Assembly: GCA_030691865.1 (NCBI GenBank)
Contig: JAUYDL010000041.1
Location: 758 to 64,757 of the forward strand
Reading direction: 5' to 3'
DNA length: 64,000 nt
From: Candidatus Omnitrophota bacterium
GTDB taxonomy: Bacteria > Omnitrophota > Gorgyraeia > Gygaellales > Profunditerraquicolaceae
The notes beneath the pieces are model-generated. The model did no database searches, was not told where the DNA came from, and worked only from the letters and a program-made list of their open reading frames with translations. The translations under genes and the position numbers were made by a program. Below are positions 8,079-17,404 of the stretch, in pieces (position 1 is the first letter of the stretch; the number at the start of each line of letters is the position of its first letter).

Positions 8079-9230
8079 TTAATTTTCTCTCCCGGATGCT
8101 TTCTTTAATTTCTCCAGAAAGTCAAGCTCTACCTTCCCCCCTAATGATTCTACTTTATGCACATCATCCCAAGCTTTAGCATATTCTTTCTTGGAATAAT
8201 ACGCTGATGCTCGATAATAGTAGGTCCTAGGAACTTTGGGTTCTAATTCTATGGCTACATTTAAATCTGAGATGGCACGATCGAAATCACCTTTCCCCTG
8301 ATAAGTCAATCCTCGACAAAAGTAGGCGTAATTATTATTAGGATTTAATTCTATGGCTTTAGCGAAATCAGATATGGCTTGCTCAAAACTACCCTTACCC
8401 TGATAGGCCACCCCTCGGTAGCTATAGGCTTGAGCATCATTTGGGTTTAATTCTATGGCTTTGGTGTGATCTAAAATTGCTTGATCAAAATTGCTTTTAA
8501 CATCATAAGCTAATCCTCGGTCGCTGTAAGATCTAGCATCATTAGGACTTAATTCTATAGCTTTAGTAAAGTCTAAAATAGCTCTATCGAAATCACCCGC
8601 AGTTCTATAACTAATCCCCCGCTCGCGGTAGGATTCTGAAAAATTAGGTTTTAATTCTATGGCTTTGGTGTAATCTAAGATAGCTTCTAAAAAGTTTCCT
8701 GTAGCGTTATGGGTAAGCCCCAGATTATAGTAAGACATATAATCTTTGGGGTTTAATTCTATGGCTACACTTAAATCTGAGATGGCTTTTAAAAAGTTAC
8801 CTTTAGTCTTATAGGTAACCCCGCGGTAAAAGTAGGCGTCGGATTGATGAGGGTTTAATTCTATGGATTTGTTGAAGTCTGATATGGCTTGGTCAAAATT
8901 GCCTTTAGTATTATAGACAATTCCACGGCAATAGTAGGATCCAGCAAAATTAGGACTTATTTCTATGGCTTTGGTGTACTCTAAGATGGCCTGATCAAAA
9001 TTGCCTTTAACATAATAAACCAACCCCCGGTTGTTGTAGGCTTTAGCAGCATTAGGTCTTAATTCTATGGCTTTAGTATAGTCAATTATTGCCTCATCAT
9101 ATTTTCCTGACGTAAAATTTTCCCCTCCTCTATCAAAAGCTTCTTGGGCAGTTTCCTGGGCATAAATATTAGCGAAAGCTAAAAATGTTGCCGCTAAAAA
9201 TAAAACTCCGATTTTACTTTTATTCATCAT
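8079..9230 (-). CDS. secreted tetratricopeptide-repeat protein
   Basis: Signal peptide followed by about ten 34-aa TPR units (AxxYxxRGxxYxxxGxFDQAIxDxxKAIEL). Confidence 0.8.
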   Translation of the reverse strand: MMNKSKIGVLFLAATFLAFANIYAQETAQEAFDRGGENFTSGKYDEAIIDYTKAIELRPNAAKAYNNRGLVYYVKGNFDQAILEYTKAIEISPNFAGSYYCRGIVYNTKGNFDQAISDFNKSIELNPHQSDAYFYRGVTYKTKGNFLKAISDLSVAIELNPKDYMSYYNLGLTHNATGNFLEAILDYTKAIELKPNFSESYRERGISYRTAGDFDRAILDFTKAIELSPNDARSYSDRGLAYDVKSNFDQAILDHTKAIELNPNDAQAYSYRGVAYQGKGSFEQAISDFAKAIELNPNNNYAYFCRGLTYQGKGDFDRAISDLNVAIELEPKVPRTYYYRASAYYSKKEYAKAWDDVHKVESLGGKVELDFLEKLKKASGREN

Positions 9231-9239
9231 AACTTTTTC

Positions 9240-10538
9240 CTATCCTAAGGCCCTTCTACCGATATCCCGACGAAATTGCATTTCTTCAAATTTAATTTTC
9301 TCCACTGCCTGGTAGGTCTTATTTATCGCCTCTTTAATGGTTGTGCCTAATCCGGTTACCCCTAACACTCTTCCACCACTAGTTAAATATTCTTGCTCTT
9401 GCCTCTGGCCCACATCATTAATTATCCGTAGCTCTGTGCCGGCATGAAAAACTACTACATCTTTTAATTTCTGTACGTCTTCTAAGCCGCTAATTACTTT
9501 TCCCTTTTTATAATCTCCCGGATAACCGCCAGCAGCGCAAACCACACAAACGCAAGCGCGCCTGTCCCATTCTAAAGTACGAATCTTAGAAAGCTTTCCT
9601 ACGCTAGCTGCCAGCATCACCTCTACTAAATCGGATTTTAACCTGGGTAAAATGGCCTGCGTCTCCGGATCGCCAAAACGCACATTGAATTCTAAAGCTT
9701 GCGGCCCCTCTTTAGTCAGCATTATACCGGCATATAATACTCCCCGGTAATCAATTCCTTCTTTAGCTAAGCCATCAATGGTACGGTGAATTATTTTATC
9801 CATCACTTCTTTTAAAATATCAACAGTAACGATTGGCGCAGGCGAATACGCGCCCATTCCCCCGGTATTTTCACCCTGGTCATGGTCAAATATTCTTTTA
9901 TGATCCTGAGCTGAGGCCAAAGCCACCATTATTTTAGAATCTGTAATCACCAGAATTGAGGCCTCCTGGCCAATCAGGCACTCTTCAATAATTATCTTTT
10001 TGCCGGCATCGCCAAAAACTTTATCCTGCATCATCGAAGTCACGGCATCCTTGGCTTCATCAACTGTTTTGGCCACCACCACCCCTTTACCCGCGGCTAA
10101 ACCATCAGCTTTAACTACGCAAGGAGCGCCATTTACTTGGATATATTTTTTTGCCGCATCCGGGCTATCAAAAACCTTAAAATCGGCAGTAGGTACTTTG
10201 TATTTAGCCATCAGCTCTTTGGAAAAAACTTTACTCGCCTCTAAATTTGCGGCTAATTTATTTGGCCCAAAAATTTTCAATCCGGCTTTGGTAAATTCAT
10301 CAACCATACCTAAAGCTAAAGCCTTCTCCGGCCCCACCACGGTAAGATCAATTTTTTCTTTTCTGGCAAATTCCAGCAACCCGGCAATATCATCAGCTTT
10401 AATATCAATACATTCGGCAATCTGGCTAATTCCGCCGTTACCCGGAGCACAGAATAGCTTAGCGCACAATTTAGATTGCGCAATCTTCCAGACTAGCGCA
10501 TGTTCTCTTCCACCAGAACCAACAACTAAAACTCGCAT
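9240..10538 (-). CDS. purD: phosphoribosylamine--glycine ligase
   Basis: MRVLVVGSGGREHAL... ATP-grasp. Confidence 0.9.
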   Translation of the reverse strand: MRVLVVGSGGREHALVWKIAQSKLCAKLFCAPGNGGISQIAECIDIKADDIAGLLEFARKEKIDLTVVGPEKALALGMVDEFTKAGLKIFGPNKLAANLEASKVFSKELMAKYKVPTADFKVFDSPDAAKKYIQVNGAPCVVKADGLAAGKGVVVAKTVDEAKDAVTSMMQDKVFGDAGKKIIIEECLIGQEASILVITDSKIMVALASAQDHKRIFDHDQGENTGGMGAYSPAPIVTVDILKEVMDKIIHRTIDGLAKEGIDYRGVLYAGIMLTKEGPQALEFNVRFGDPETQAILPRLKSDLVEVMLAASVGKLSKIRTLEWDRRACVCVVCAAGGYPGDYKKGKVISGLEDVQKLKDVVVFHAGTELRIINDVGQRQEQEYLTSGGRVLGVTGLGTTIKEAINKTYQAVEKIKFEEMQFRRDIGRRALG

Positions 10539-10548
10539 TTATTTACCC

Positions 10549-10860
10549 TTATTTAAATCTTATCCACATACTAAGATCAAAAAGTGATTTTATCAAAAAT
10601 GATTTTAAGAACATAACCGCAAGAATTACAATTATCGGTGAAATATCAATCCCAAATGCGAAATTCAAAGGCAGACGCCTTCTTATCGGCTCTAAAATCG
10701 GATCAGTTGTTTTATAAAGAAACTGCACAATAGCGTTACCAGGATCAGGATTTACCCAACTGATCAATGCGCGAATAATTACCAACCAATAGATTATGTT
10801 TAACAAAACATCCAGGATATTAGCTACTGCGGATATAAAATTAGAGGGAATAAACATCAT
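10549..10860 (-). CDS. yggT: YggT family membrane protein
   Basis: LLNIIYWLVIIRALISWV pattern, 2 TM, about 100 aa. Confidence 0.65.
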   Translation of the reverse strand: MMFIPSNFISAVANILDVLLNIIYWLVIIRALISWVNPDPGNAIVQFLYKTTDPILEPIRRRLPLNFAFGIDISPIIVILAVMFLKSFLIKSLFDLSMWIRFK

Positions 10861-11156
10861 TAAGTAAGCCCCGGTATATTAAATCCGGTAACATCCTTCA
10901 TTTTTTGCGCTGCCACTTCCTGCGAGCGCTTAATTGCCCGGTTAAAGGTATCTTTTAATGAACTCGCCAGACGCCCCTTTTCTGATTCTCCAAGGTTATC
11001 TTTAATAACCACCTCTTTTATCTCCTGAGCACCGTTCATCGTAATTTTCACCAAACCATCAGAGCTTTGGATATCAAAATTTGTATCCTCTAATGCGCGC
11101 TTGACCTCCTGCATCTTCTTCTGCATCTGGAATAACCCCTTCATCTTATCAAACAT
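10860..11156 (-). CDS. ybaB: nucleoid-associated protein YbaB/EbfC
   Basis: MFDKMKGLFQMQKKMQEVKRALED... typical YbaB. Confidence 0.85.
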   Translation of the reverse strand: MFDKMKGLFQMQKKMQEVKRALEDTNFDIQSSDGLVKITMNGAQEIKEVVIKDNLGESEKGRLASSLKDTFNRAIKRSQEVAAQKMKDVTGFNIPGLT

Positions 11157-11166
11157 GGAAATCCTT

Positions 11167-11649
11167 TCATTTTATTGCAGGGTAAATTATCCTGGCGTTC
11201 TTGATCCCGCCTTTTTCCAGTGCTTCTATCATGGCACTAGCCCAAAGTATCGTTTCCTTTACCGGAAGGTCTACCGGCAAACCGGGAGTAGAAGAATTTG
11301 AACCTGCCAATACCTTCGTATTAATTCTGGTTTCATAACCATTAGGGTCTTTATAAGAAATATAGATCGAGGAAGTAGGCTTATTGGCAAAAAGCCCCCC
11401 AAGAGAATCTTCCCATTCCTGACCCGTGAGGCATTCCATCCTGATCGGGTACATATCTTTTAGCTTCCTTACCGGGCTTAAAACATTTTCGCATGTTTCT
11501 TTATCAGAAACTTTGGTTATCGTGTTCATCAGGAATGCTGCACCGCTGTCATTTTTAATCTGAACTTGCACAAAAGCATAGTAATTTTGCGCCCAACACC
11601 ATGAAGTAAAAAAGAAAACTCCTAAAACAGCTAACAATATTTTTTTCAT
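11167..11649 (-). CDS. secreted hypothetical protein
   Basis: Signal peptide MKKILLAVLGVFFFTSWCWA, no known domain. Confidence 0.5.
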   Translation of the reverse strand: MKKILLAVLGVFFFTSWCWAQNYYAFVQVQIKNDSGAAFLMNTITKVSDKETCENVLSPVRKLKDMYPIRMECLTGQEWEDSLGGLFANKPTSSIYISYKDPNGYETRINTKVLAGSNSSTPGLPVDLPVKETILWASAMIEALEKGGIKNARIIYPAIK

Positions 11650-11678
11650 CTTATCTCATTAAGGAAACGGTCCCTTTT

Positions 11679-12065
11679 CTATTGTCCCTTTTTTAAGAAA
11701 ACGGCCCCTTTTCTATTCTTAAACTTAATAACGATGTAGAAACAAGTGATACCAATGCTATCAATCAAAACATCTTTAGTTGAGCAGTCCCTGCCCAGAA
11801 CAAAATATTGATGGATCTCATCAGATATAGCATAAAAAACTGAAAAAGCAGCCGGGTACATAAAAAGACGAGAAACGTTCATATTGAATGAACCACTAAA
11901 TGCCCTATATAAAAGAAAAGTGAAATAAAAATATTCAGCAATATGGGCTATTTTTCTTAATAAAAAATCATATTCAAGATCTGTTCTTAAATCAGGAATA
12001 CTTGAAAAGTAAAAAATAACCCCTGCCCAAACAACCACCGGAACCCACAATCTAACAAGCTTCAC
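11679..12065 (-). CDS. VanZ-like family membrane protein
   Basis: WVPVVVWAGVIFYFSSIPD... VanZ-like N-terminus, 4 TM. Confidence 0.5.
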   Translation of the reverse strand: MKLVRLWVPVVVWAGVIFYFSSIPDLRTDLEYDFLLRKIAHIAEYFYFTFLLYRAFSGSFNMNVSRLFMYPAAFSVFYAISDEIHQYFVLGRDCSTKDVLIDSIGITCFYIVIKFKNRKGAVFLKKGQ

Positions 12066-12151
12066 CAGATTACTCCTTTATTCTACGCAGGTTCTGTCAA
12101 GTTTTGCCTCACCACCCGCTAACATAGAACCATGTCCTACCTTATTCACAC

Positions 12152-12598
12152 TTAAAAATTTTCTTTAAATATACGCGGAAAATGTAACCTGAAAAAATCT
12201 ATAACTATCTCAATCTTCTCCTCAAAAGGTGAACGCTTACTAATCTTTGTAAATTCCCCACTATCAAGCCAAATTCCACCGCAATTTTCGCAAAAATCAA
12301 CAGAAACGCTCTTATTGCGGTCGCTAATCTTTCTAACCATTTTCTTGTTACTTTCACAACGAGGACAAATAACTTCTTTCTTATTTAAGTCTATTTCTTT
12401 TCTTAAATCATCATCTTTGAGTGGCTCAGTTTCTAAATCAAACTCCACAGTATCAATTATTTCCTTGTTTACGAGCAATTCCAATTCATCTTTATCAAAC
12501 CAAATACCCCCGCAAGCAAAACAAGTATCAACTACTATCGGTTCTTTACTGCCTATCTTTTTTTCTTTTAATATTCCCACACATTTTGGGCAATTCAT
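12152..12598 (-). CDS. protein with two zf-TFIIB-type zinc ribbons
   Basis: Two copies of CPxC...C.xCGGIW(F/L)D. The start was moved to the internal ATG at 12598, which has a GGAGG 7 nt upstream; the track ORF began at 12679. Confidence 0.6.
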   Translation of the reverse strand: MNCPKCVGILKEKKIGSKEPIVVDTCFACGGIWFDKDELELLVNKEIIDTVEFDLETEPLKDDDLRKEIDLNKKEVICPRCESNKKMVRKISDRNKSVSVDFCENCGGIWLDSGEFTKISKRSPFEEKIEIVIDFFRLHFPRIFKENF

Positions 12599-12689
12599 TT
12601 TATACCTCCTGACAACACAACCATCTTGATAATCTACCAAACTATTCAGACTCCCCGCTTCTCCAATAATATTCATCAAAAGAAACCCT

Positions 12690-13160
12690 TTATTTATTGA
12701 AATTAAATTCTTTTTGCGGCAGCTTCTTTCTAATTAATTCTGCAATCTTATCAACAAACTCCTCAGCAGTCTTTAGGGCGTCTTTAGCTTCCTTTATTGA
12801 ACAGGGAATTTCGGGTTCGTAAATAAACCTGTTTCTTTTCCTCCTCATAAAATCATAATCATTAATAAGTCTCTTAAAATCATCCCCTAAAACTAAACTT
12901 ACAAACCTCACCACAGTTAAATGCTTGTCCTTTATATCCGGCCTAAACCCTTCAGCGAACATAAGCGCAAGCCCAGAACGCAGCATCGCATTATAAGCAT
13001 AATTGAAAGCGCATTCTTCGTCTTGGCCTAAGTTTCTTTTAGTAGTCTTAAGATCAATGTAAGCGCGCTTTAGCAAATTCAAAATAGCTTTATAATCAAG
13101 AGGGCACCTCTTAATTAATCCGTCCTTAAGAAGAATTTCTTTTGATTCTTTATAACTCAT
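12690..13160 (-). CDS. HEPN-like domain protein (putative toxin partner of the upstream nucleotidyltransferase)
   Basis: Small alpha-helical protein overlapping the NTase gene by 11 nt. Degenerate R-x4-(H/Y) motif (RNRFIYE). Called mainly by gene context. Confidence 0.4.
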   Translation of the reverse strand: MSYKESKEILLKDGLIKRCPLDYKAILNLLKRAYIDLKTTKRNLGQDEECAFNYAYNAMLRSGLALMFAEGFRPDIKDKHLTVVRFVSLVLGDDFKRLINDYDFMRRKRNRFIYEPEIPCSIKEAKDALKTAEEFVDKIAELIRKKLPQKEFNFNK

Positions 13161-13725
13161 TTTCTTTGCCTATCAGCATTATCTTGGGCTTCTTTAATAA
13201 ATCCGTAATAAAGCCGCCCTTGGCTCTCTTTTTCGCTTTATACTCCTGCCAAGAGTAAGTAGTGGGATTAATTTCCCTTTTTAACCTCTTTTCTAAGCTG
13301 GAAATCTTCTCATTTAAAGAAGAGTTATCCTGGTCTCCGACAATCATAAGGTCAATATCGCTGGCAGAATTTTCTTTTTTGGCAGCGAATGAACCATAGA
13401 TAAAGGCTACTTTTATCCCTTTAATTAATAATAGTGAGCTTTTTAGAATTGCTTCTACGCCAACGGTTTTGGAAACAATGCTTTTTAATTCATTAAATAA
13501 AGGATGGTTTTGATTAAGAAAGTAATAAAGAAGATTGCCTACTTTTCTGGTATCAAATAAGTTATTCTCCTGGAATCTTATAAGTTCCCGGCGAATACTG
13601 CCGGCAGAATATCCTAATACACGCTGAAGTTCCCTCAGGTAATACTCCTGGGAAGGATTAGTAAAGAAAAGGGAAAGCAGCCCTTGCCTAATTTTAGATT
13701 TCGCGATATAAAAGCTATTTAGCAT
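13150..13725 (-). CDS. winged-HTH + minimal nucleotidyltransferase (MNT) domain protein
   Basis: YGSFAAKKENSASDIDLMIVGD is the GS...DxD nucleotidyltransferase motif. The N-terminal region is HTH-like. The start was reassigned to ATG 13725, which has GGAG 6 nt upstream. Confidence 0.65.
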   Translation of the reverse strand: MLNSFYIAKSKIRQGLLSLFFTNPSQEYYLRELQRVLGYSAGSIRRELIRFQENNLFDTRKVGNLLYYFLNQNHPLFNELKSIVSKTVGVEAILKSSLLLIKGIKVAFIYGSFAAKKENSASDIDLMIVGDQDNSSLNEKISSLEKRLKREINPTTYSWQEYKAKKRAKGGFITDLLKKPKIMLIGKENEL

Positions 13726-13737
13726 ATGAACTCCATT

Positions 13738-13757
13738 TTGAGTACAATTGTACTCAA
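13738..13757. promoter_or_regulatory. perfect 20-bp palindrome TTGAGTACAATTGTACTCAA immediately upstream of the NTase gene RBS (candidate autoregulatory operator)
   Basis: Seen directly. A second GC palindrome gcctgccggcaggc lies at 13795..13808. Confidence 0.5.
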
Positions 13758-13939
13758 AACAGGCTACATTGTCAATAATAAACCGACGGGCCTTGCCTGC
13801 CGGCAGGCAGACTGTCGAGCCTTGTTTCCGCCGCACACCGCGGCTTTAAATCAACTCTCGCCCCCCCCGCTAAAACTATTTCTTACATAACTAACTGATG
13901 AATATAGGGTTACGTATACTGTCTATAAAACTATAAAAC

Positions 13940-14809
13940 TTACTTTTTTTCTTCTTTATTCTTGATCGGCAAAAAGCCTGCCATCTCTCCGATTACATTA
14001 ACTAACTCGGTATTAGCGGGAACCACGATCTTGGCATTATTCTGCAATGACTTCTCCACTGCTTCTAATTTGCGCAGTACTTGCGCATTGCCGGTAAAAT
14101 ACTTCTCGGCTGCCTCAGTAACTAATTTTATCGCTTCTGCCTCGCCTTCCGCCTCAAGGATTCTGGCCTGCTTGATACCTTCGGCTTTTTTAATCTCGGC
14201 GCGCTTTTGACCATCGGCGACAGTTTCGGTAGCAGTCGCGTAATCCACTGCGGCAATTTTTTCATTTTCCGCTTTAACTACTTTGTTCATGGTTTCCTGA
14301 ACATCCTTGGGCGGATCAATTTCTTTTAGCTCTGTCCTGACAATCTCTAAACCCCAGCTGCCGGTTTCCTCACAAAGCGTCTTATGCAGCTCCGCGTTAA
14401 TCTTACCTCTTTCGCTATTAGCGGATTTTAAGGTAAGCGTACCAATGATATTTCTCAAGGTGGTGCGGGCTAAATTCACAATCTGCCATTGATAATTATT
14501 CACGCTATACTGACAGTTCTTGACATCGGCTTCATCAGCTTTTACTTTAAAATAAACCTGAGCATCTACTTTGGCATTCAAATTATCATTAGTAATAATT
14601 TCCTGCGGCTCAGCATCAACCATTTGCTCGGTAATATTAATCTGATAAAGATTTTCAACGATAGGAAACACCCAATTAAATCCCGGAGTGGCAAAACGAT
14701 GATATTTACCAAGCCTCTCAACTAATCCGCGATGCGTAGGGCGCACAATCCGGATCCCCATAAAAAAAATCACTACGGCTCCCGCAATAATTAATCCCAG
14801 TATGCTCAT
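13940..14809 (-). CDS. SPFH / band-7 (stomatin-prohibitin-like) membrane protein
   Basis: MSILGLIIAGAVVIFFMGIRIVRPTHRGLVERLGKYHRFATPGFNWVFPIVE. The start was placed at the internal Met rather than the track start. Confidence 0.8.
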   Translation of the reverse strand: MSILGLIIAGAVVIFFMGIRIVRPTHRGLVERLGKYHRFATPGFNWVFPIVENLYQINITEQMVDAEPQEIITNDNLNAKVDAQVYFKVKADEADVKNCQYSVNNYQWQIVNLARTTLRNIIGTLTLKSANSERGKINAELHKTLCEETGSWGLEIVRTELKEIDPPKDVQETMNKVVKAENEKIAAVDYATATETVADGQKRAEIKKAEGIKQARILEAEGEAEAIKLVTEAAEKYFTGNAQVLRKLEAVEKSLQNNAKIVVPANTELVNVIGEMAGFLPIKNKEEKK

Positions 14810-14858
14810 CTCTACCTCCTTTGCCCACAAGGGCATACCCGCGCTCCCCGCTAGGGGA

Positions 14859-14906
14859 CACCGGCGCAATTCAAATAAGCGCCGGGTGACTTCTTAGCGT
14901 CGGGTG
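14859..14906. repeat. REP-like element copy 4: GC hairpin only plus an extra right arm, between purM and the SPFH gene
   Basis: caccggcgc-aattcaaataa-gcgccgggtg, then acttcttagcgtcgggtg. Confidence 0.4.
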
Positions 14907-14908
14907 TT

Positions 14909-15913
14909 CTAAATTATATTTACCTGTTTATTCCCCTTTACCGCCGCTCCGATAATCCAGGATTTTAATTTAAGCTCAGATAATTTCTTCATTATCCGGG
15001 CGGCAGCCTCCTTTTGAACAATTAAAACCAGGCCAATCCCCATATTCAAGGTGTGATACATTTCCAGATCATCAATATTGCCTTTATATTGGATAAGCCT
15101 GAATATTTCAGGTACTCTCCAGGAACTTTTTTCAATACACACATCAATATTTTTCGGCAATATCCGGCTAATCTTATCGTAAAATGCTCCACCGGTAATA
15201 TGGCTGATCCCGTGCACTGCCGCTCTATACCGACGCAAAAGCTCAAGAACTGGCAAAACGTAAATGCGCGTAGGCTCCAGTAATCCAGCAGCCATTCTTT
15301 TCTGCTCTGCGGGCCTCAAGACTTTTCTGACTAAAGAATAACCATTAGAATGCAGGCCGCTAGAGGCAATTCCGATGACCAGATCAGAGGCCTTAATCTT
15401 TGAGCCATTAATAATTTTATCTTTCTCTACTACCCCCACGCAGAAACCGGCAATATCGTATTCACCCTCCCGGTACATTCCCGGCATCTGAGCGGTCTCT
15501 CCGCCGATTAAAGAACAACCTGCCTGGCGGCACCCCTCATTTATGCCCTTGACTATATCCACCAGCACACCTTCTTTGACCTTAGTAAAAGCAATATAAT
15601 CTAAGAAGAACAGGGATTCGGCTCCGGTACAAAGAATATCATTCACATTCATCGCCACCGCATCAATACCCACGGTATCATGTATGTTGGCTAATTTGGC
15701 AATCATCAGTTTCGTACCTACTCCGTCACTTGAGGAAACCAAAACCGGATCCTTATATTTACTTTTATCTAACTTAAAAAAACTTCCAAAGCCGCCGATA
15801 TCCGTTAAGACCTCACGCCGAAAAGAACTGCGCACCAAAGGCTTGATTTTAGATTTAAAAATACTGGCGCTTTTAATATCTACACCGCAAGTTTTATAAG
15901 TGATCTTTTTCAT
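14909..15913 (-). CDS. purM: phosphoribosylformylglycinamidine cyclo-ligase
   Basis: AIR synthase family, GIDAVAMNVNDIL. Confidence 0.9.
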   Translation of the reverse strand: MKKITYKTCGVDIKSASIFKSKIKPLVRSSFRREVLTDIGGFGSFFKLDKSKYKDPVLVSSSDGVGTKLMIAKLANIHDTVGIDAVAMNVNDILCTGAESLFFLDYIAFTKVKEGVLVDIVKGINEGCRQAGCSLIGGETAQMPGMYREGEYDIAGFCVGVVEKDKIINGSKIKASDLVIGIASSGLHSNGYSLVRKVLRPAEQKRMAAGLLEPTRIYVLPVLELLRRYRAAVHGISHITGGAFYDKISRILPKNIDVCIEKSSWRVPEIFRLIQYKGNIDDLEMYHTLNMGIGLVLIVQKEAAARIMKKLSELKLKSWIIGAAVKGNKQVNII

Positions 15914-15934
15914 TATTTCTCCTTATAGAATCCA

Positions 15935-15990
15935 GGGGACGGTTCTATTTTTTTAAAAACTAAAAGGGGCTAAAAAATAGAACCGTCCCC
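15935..15990. other. perfect 18-19 bp hairpin abutting the purF stop codon, upstream of purM
   Basis: ggggacggttctattttt ... aaaaaatagaaccgtcccc. No U-run on the mRNA strand. Confidence 0.45.
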
Positions 15991-15991
15991 T

Positions 15992-17392
15992 TTATTTAGC
16001 CGGTGATTTCCCGGTCCAGCAATATAAACAAAGTTTTTCTTTAGGCAAGCCGATCGCGGCAATCATATCACTAAGCTTCTGGTATTTCAGAGTAGTTGAG
16101 CCGATATCCCGGTTTATCCAGGCCACCATTTTTTTATATTCTTTGGAATTCTCATCCAAGTATTTACATACGCTTTTTGGCTCTTTACCCTCAATGGCCT
16201 TGATTGCCCGGCGCGCAGCTAATTCATTAATGCTGCGGGTTGAATAATTAAATTTACAGGGAAACATTAGCGGCGGACAGGAAATGCGCAAATGAATTTC
16301 CTTGGCCCCGTGACTTTTAAGTTTCTGGATGGTGTAATTCTTAAGCTGTGTACCGCGCACAATCGAATCATCGCAAAACACAATCCGCTGGCCTTTGATA
16401 ATCTCAGGGATAGGAATAAGTTTCATCTTGGCCACTAAATCCCGGCGCTCCTGAGATACCGGGGTATAGCTGCGGTCATAACCCGGAGTATATTTTACCA
16501 GAGGCCGGCGCAGAGGCACCCCTGATTTCATGCTATAGCCAATGGCATGGGCAGTACCGGAATCCGGTATTCCGGCAACCATATCTGCCTGGATGTTATC
16601 GTCTTTGGCCAGCTGTGCCCCGCATCTTTCCCGCGAGGTCTCCACATTAATCGCTTCATAATTGGAAGCCGGAAAACCCGTATAAACCCAGAGAAATGAA
16701 CAAATTTGATTGGTCTTAACACCTTTACGTTTTATTTTCAATCCTCTACGGGTGATTAAAACTATCTCTTTCGGCTCAAGGTGCTTTACCAATTTATATC
16801 CTAAATTAAAAAAAGCCGAAGATTCTGTGGAAACCGCCCAACTACTCCCTTTTTTTCCGATTACTAAAGGGGTTAACCCTAACCTATCGCGGCAGGCGTA
16901 AATACCGTCTTTATTTAATAAGAGCAACGTGCAAGACCCCTGAATCTTGGAAAAAACTTTTTCAATACCTTCCACTATAGTTTTACCCGAAATAATAATC
17001 TTGGCCGCCATCTCGACAAAGTTTATTTTTCCTTCAGCCAACTCGGAAAAAGAACTTCCTTTTTTATATAATTCTTTAGCCAGTTTTCCCGCGTTATCAA
17101 TAAAGCCATCGGTCACAATCGCAAATGGCCCAAATTTAGAGTTCATTACAATCGGCTGCTCATCGCGGGCGCTGATTACCCCAATCCCTTTATCCCCCTG
17201 CATTTTAAGGTAATCTTCATAAAACTCAGCCTTAAACTGGCTGCCTTTAATATCGTGGATCTTGCGAGTAAGCTCAACCCCATAAACCGCCAATCCGGCA
17301 AATTGCGTACCTAAATGCGAATGATAATCTGTGCCATAATATAAATCTTCATTGCAAGCCTTATTTGCCACCACTCCGAATATTCCGCTCAT
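15992..17392 (-). CDS. purF: amidophosphoribosyltransferase
   Basis: The N-terminus MSGIFGVV is placed at ATG 17392, with GGGAG 8 nt upstream. DDSIVRGTQ is the PRTase motif. Confidence 0.9.
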   Translation of the reverse strand: MSGIFGVVANKACNEDLYYGTDYHSHLGTQFAGLAVYGVELTRKIHDIKGSQFKAEFYEDYLKMQGDKGIGVISARDEQPIVMNSKFGPFAIVTDGFIDNAGKLAKELYKKGSSFSELAEGKINFVEMAAKIIISGKTIVEGIEKVFSKIQGSCTLLLLNKDGIYACRDRLGLTPLVIGKKGSSWAVSTESSAFFNLGYKLVKHLEPKEIVLITRRGLKIKRKGVKTNQICSFLWVYTGFPASNYEAINVETSRERCGAQLAKDDNIQADMVAGIPDSGTAHAIGYSMKSGVPLRRPLVKYTPGYDRSYTPVSQERRDLVAKMKLIPIPEIIKGQRIVFCDDSIVRGTQLKNYTIQKLKSHGAKEIHLRISCPPLMFPCKFNYSTRSINELAARRAIKAIEGKEPKSVCKYLDENSKEYKKMVAWINRDIGSTTLKYQKLSDMIAAIGLPKEKLCLYCWTGKSPAK

Positions 17393-17404
17393 TTTTAATC
17401 TCCC

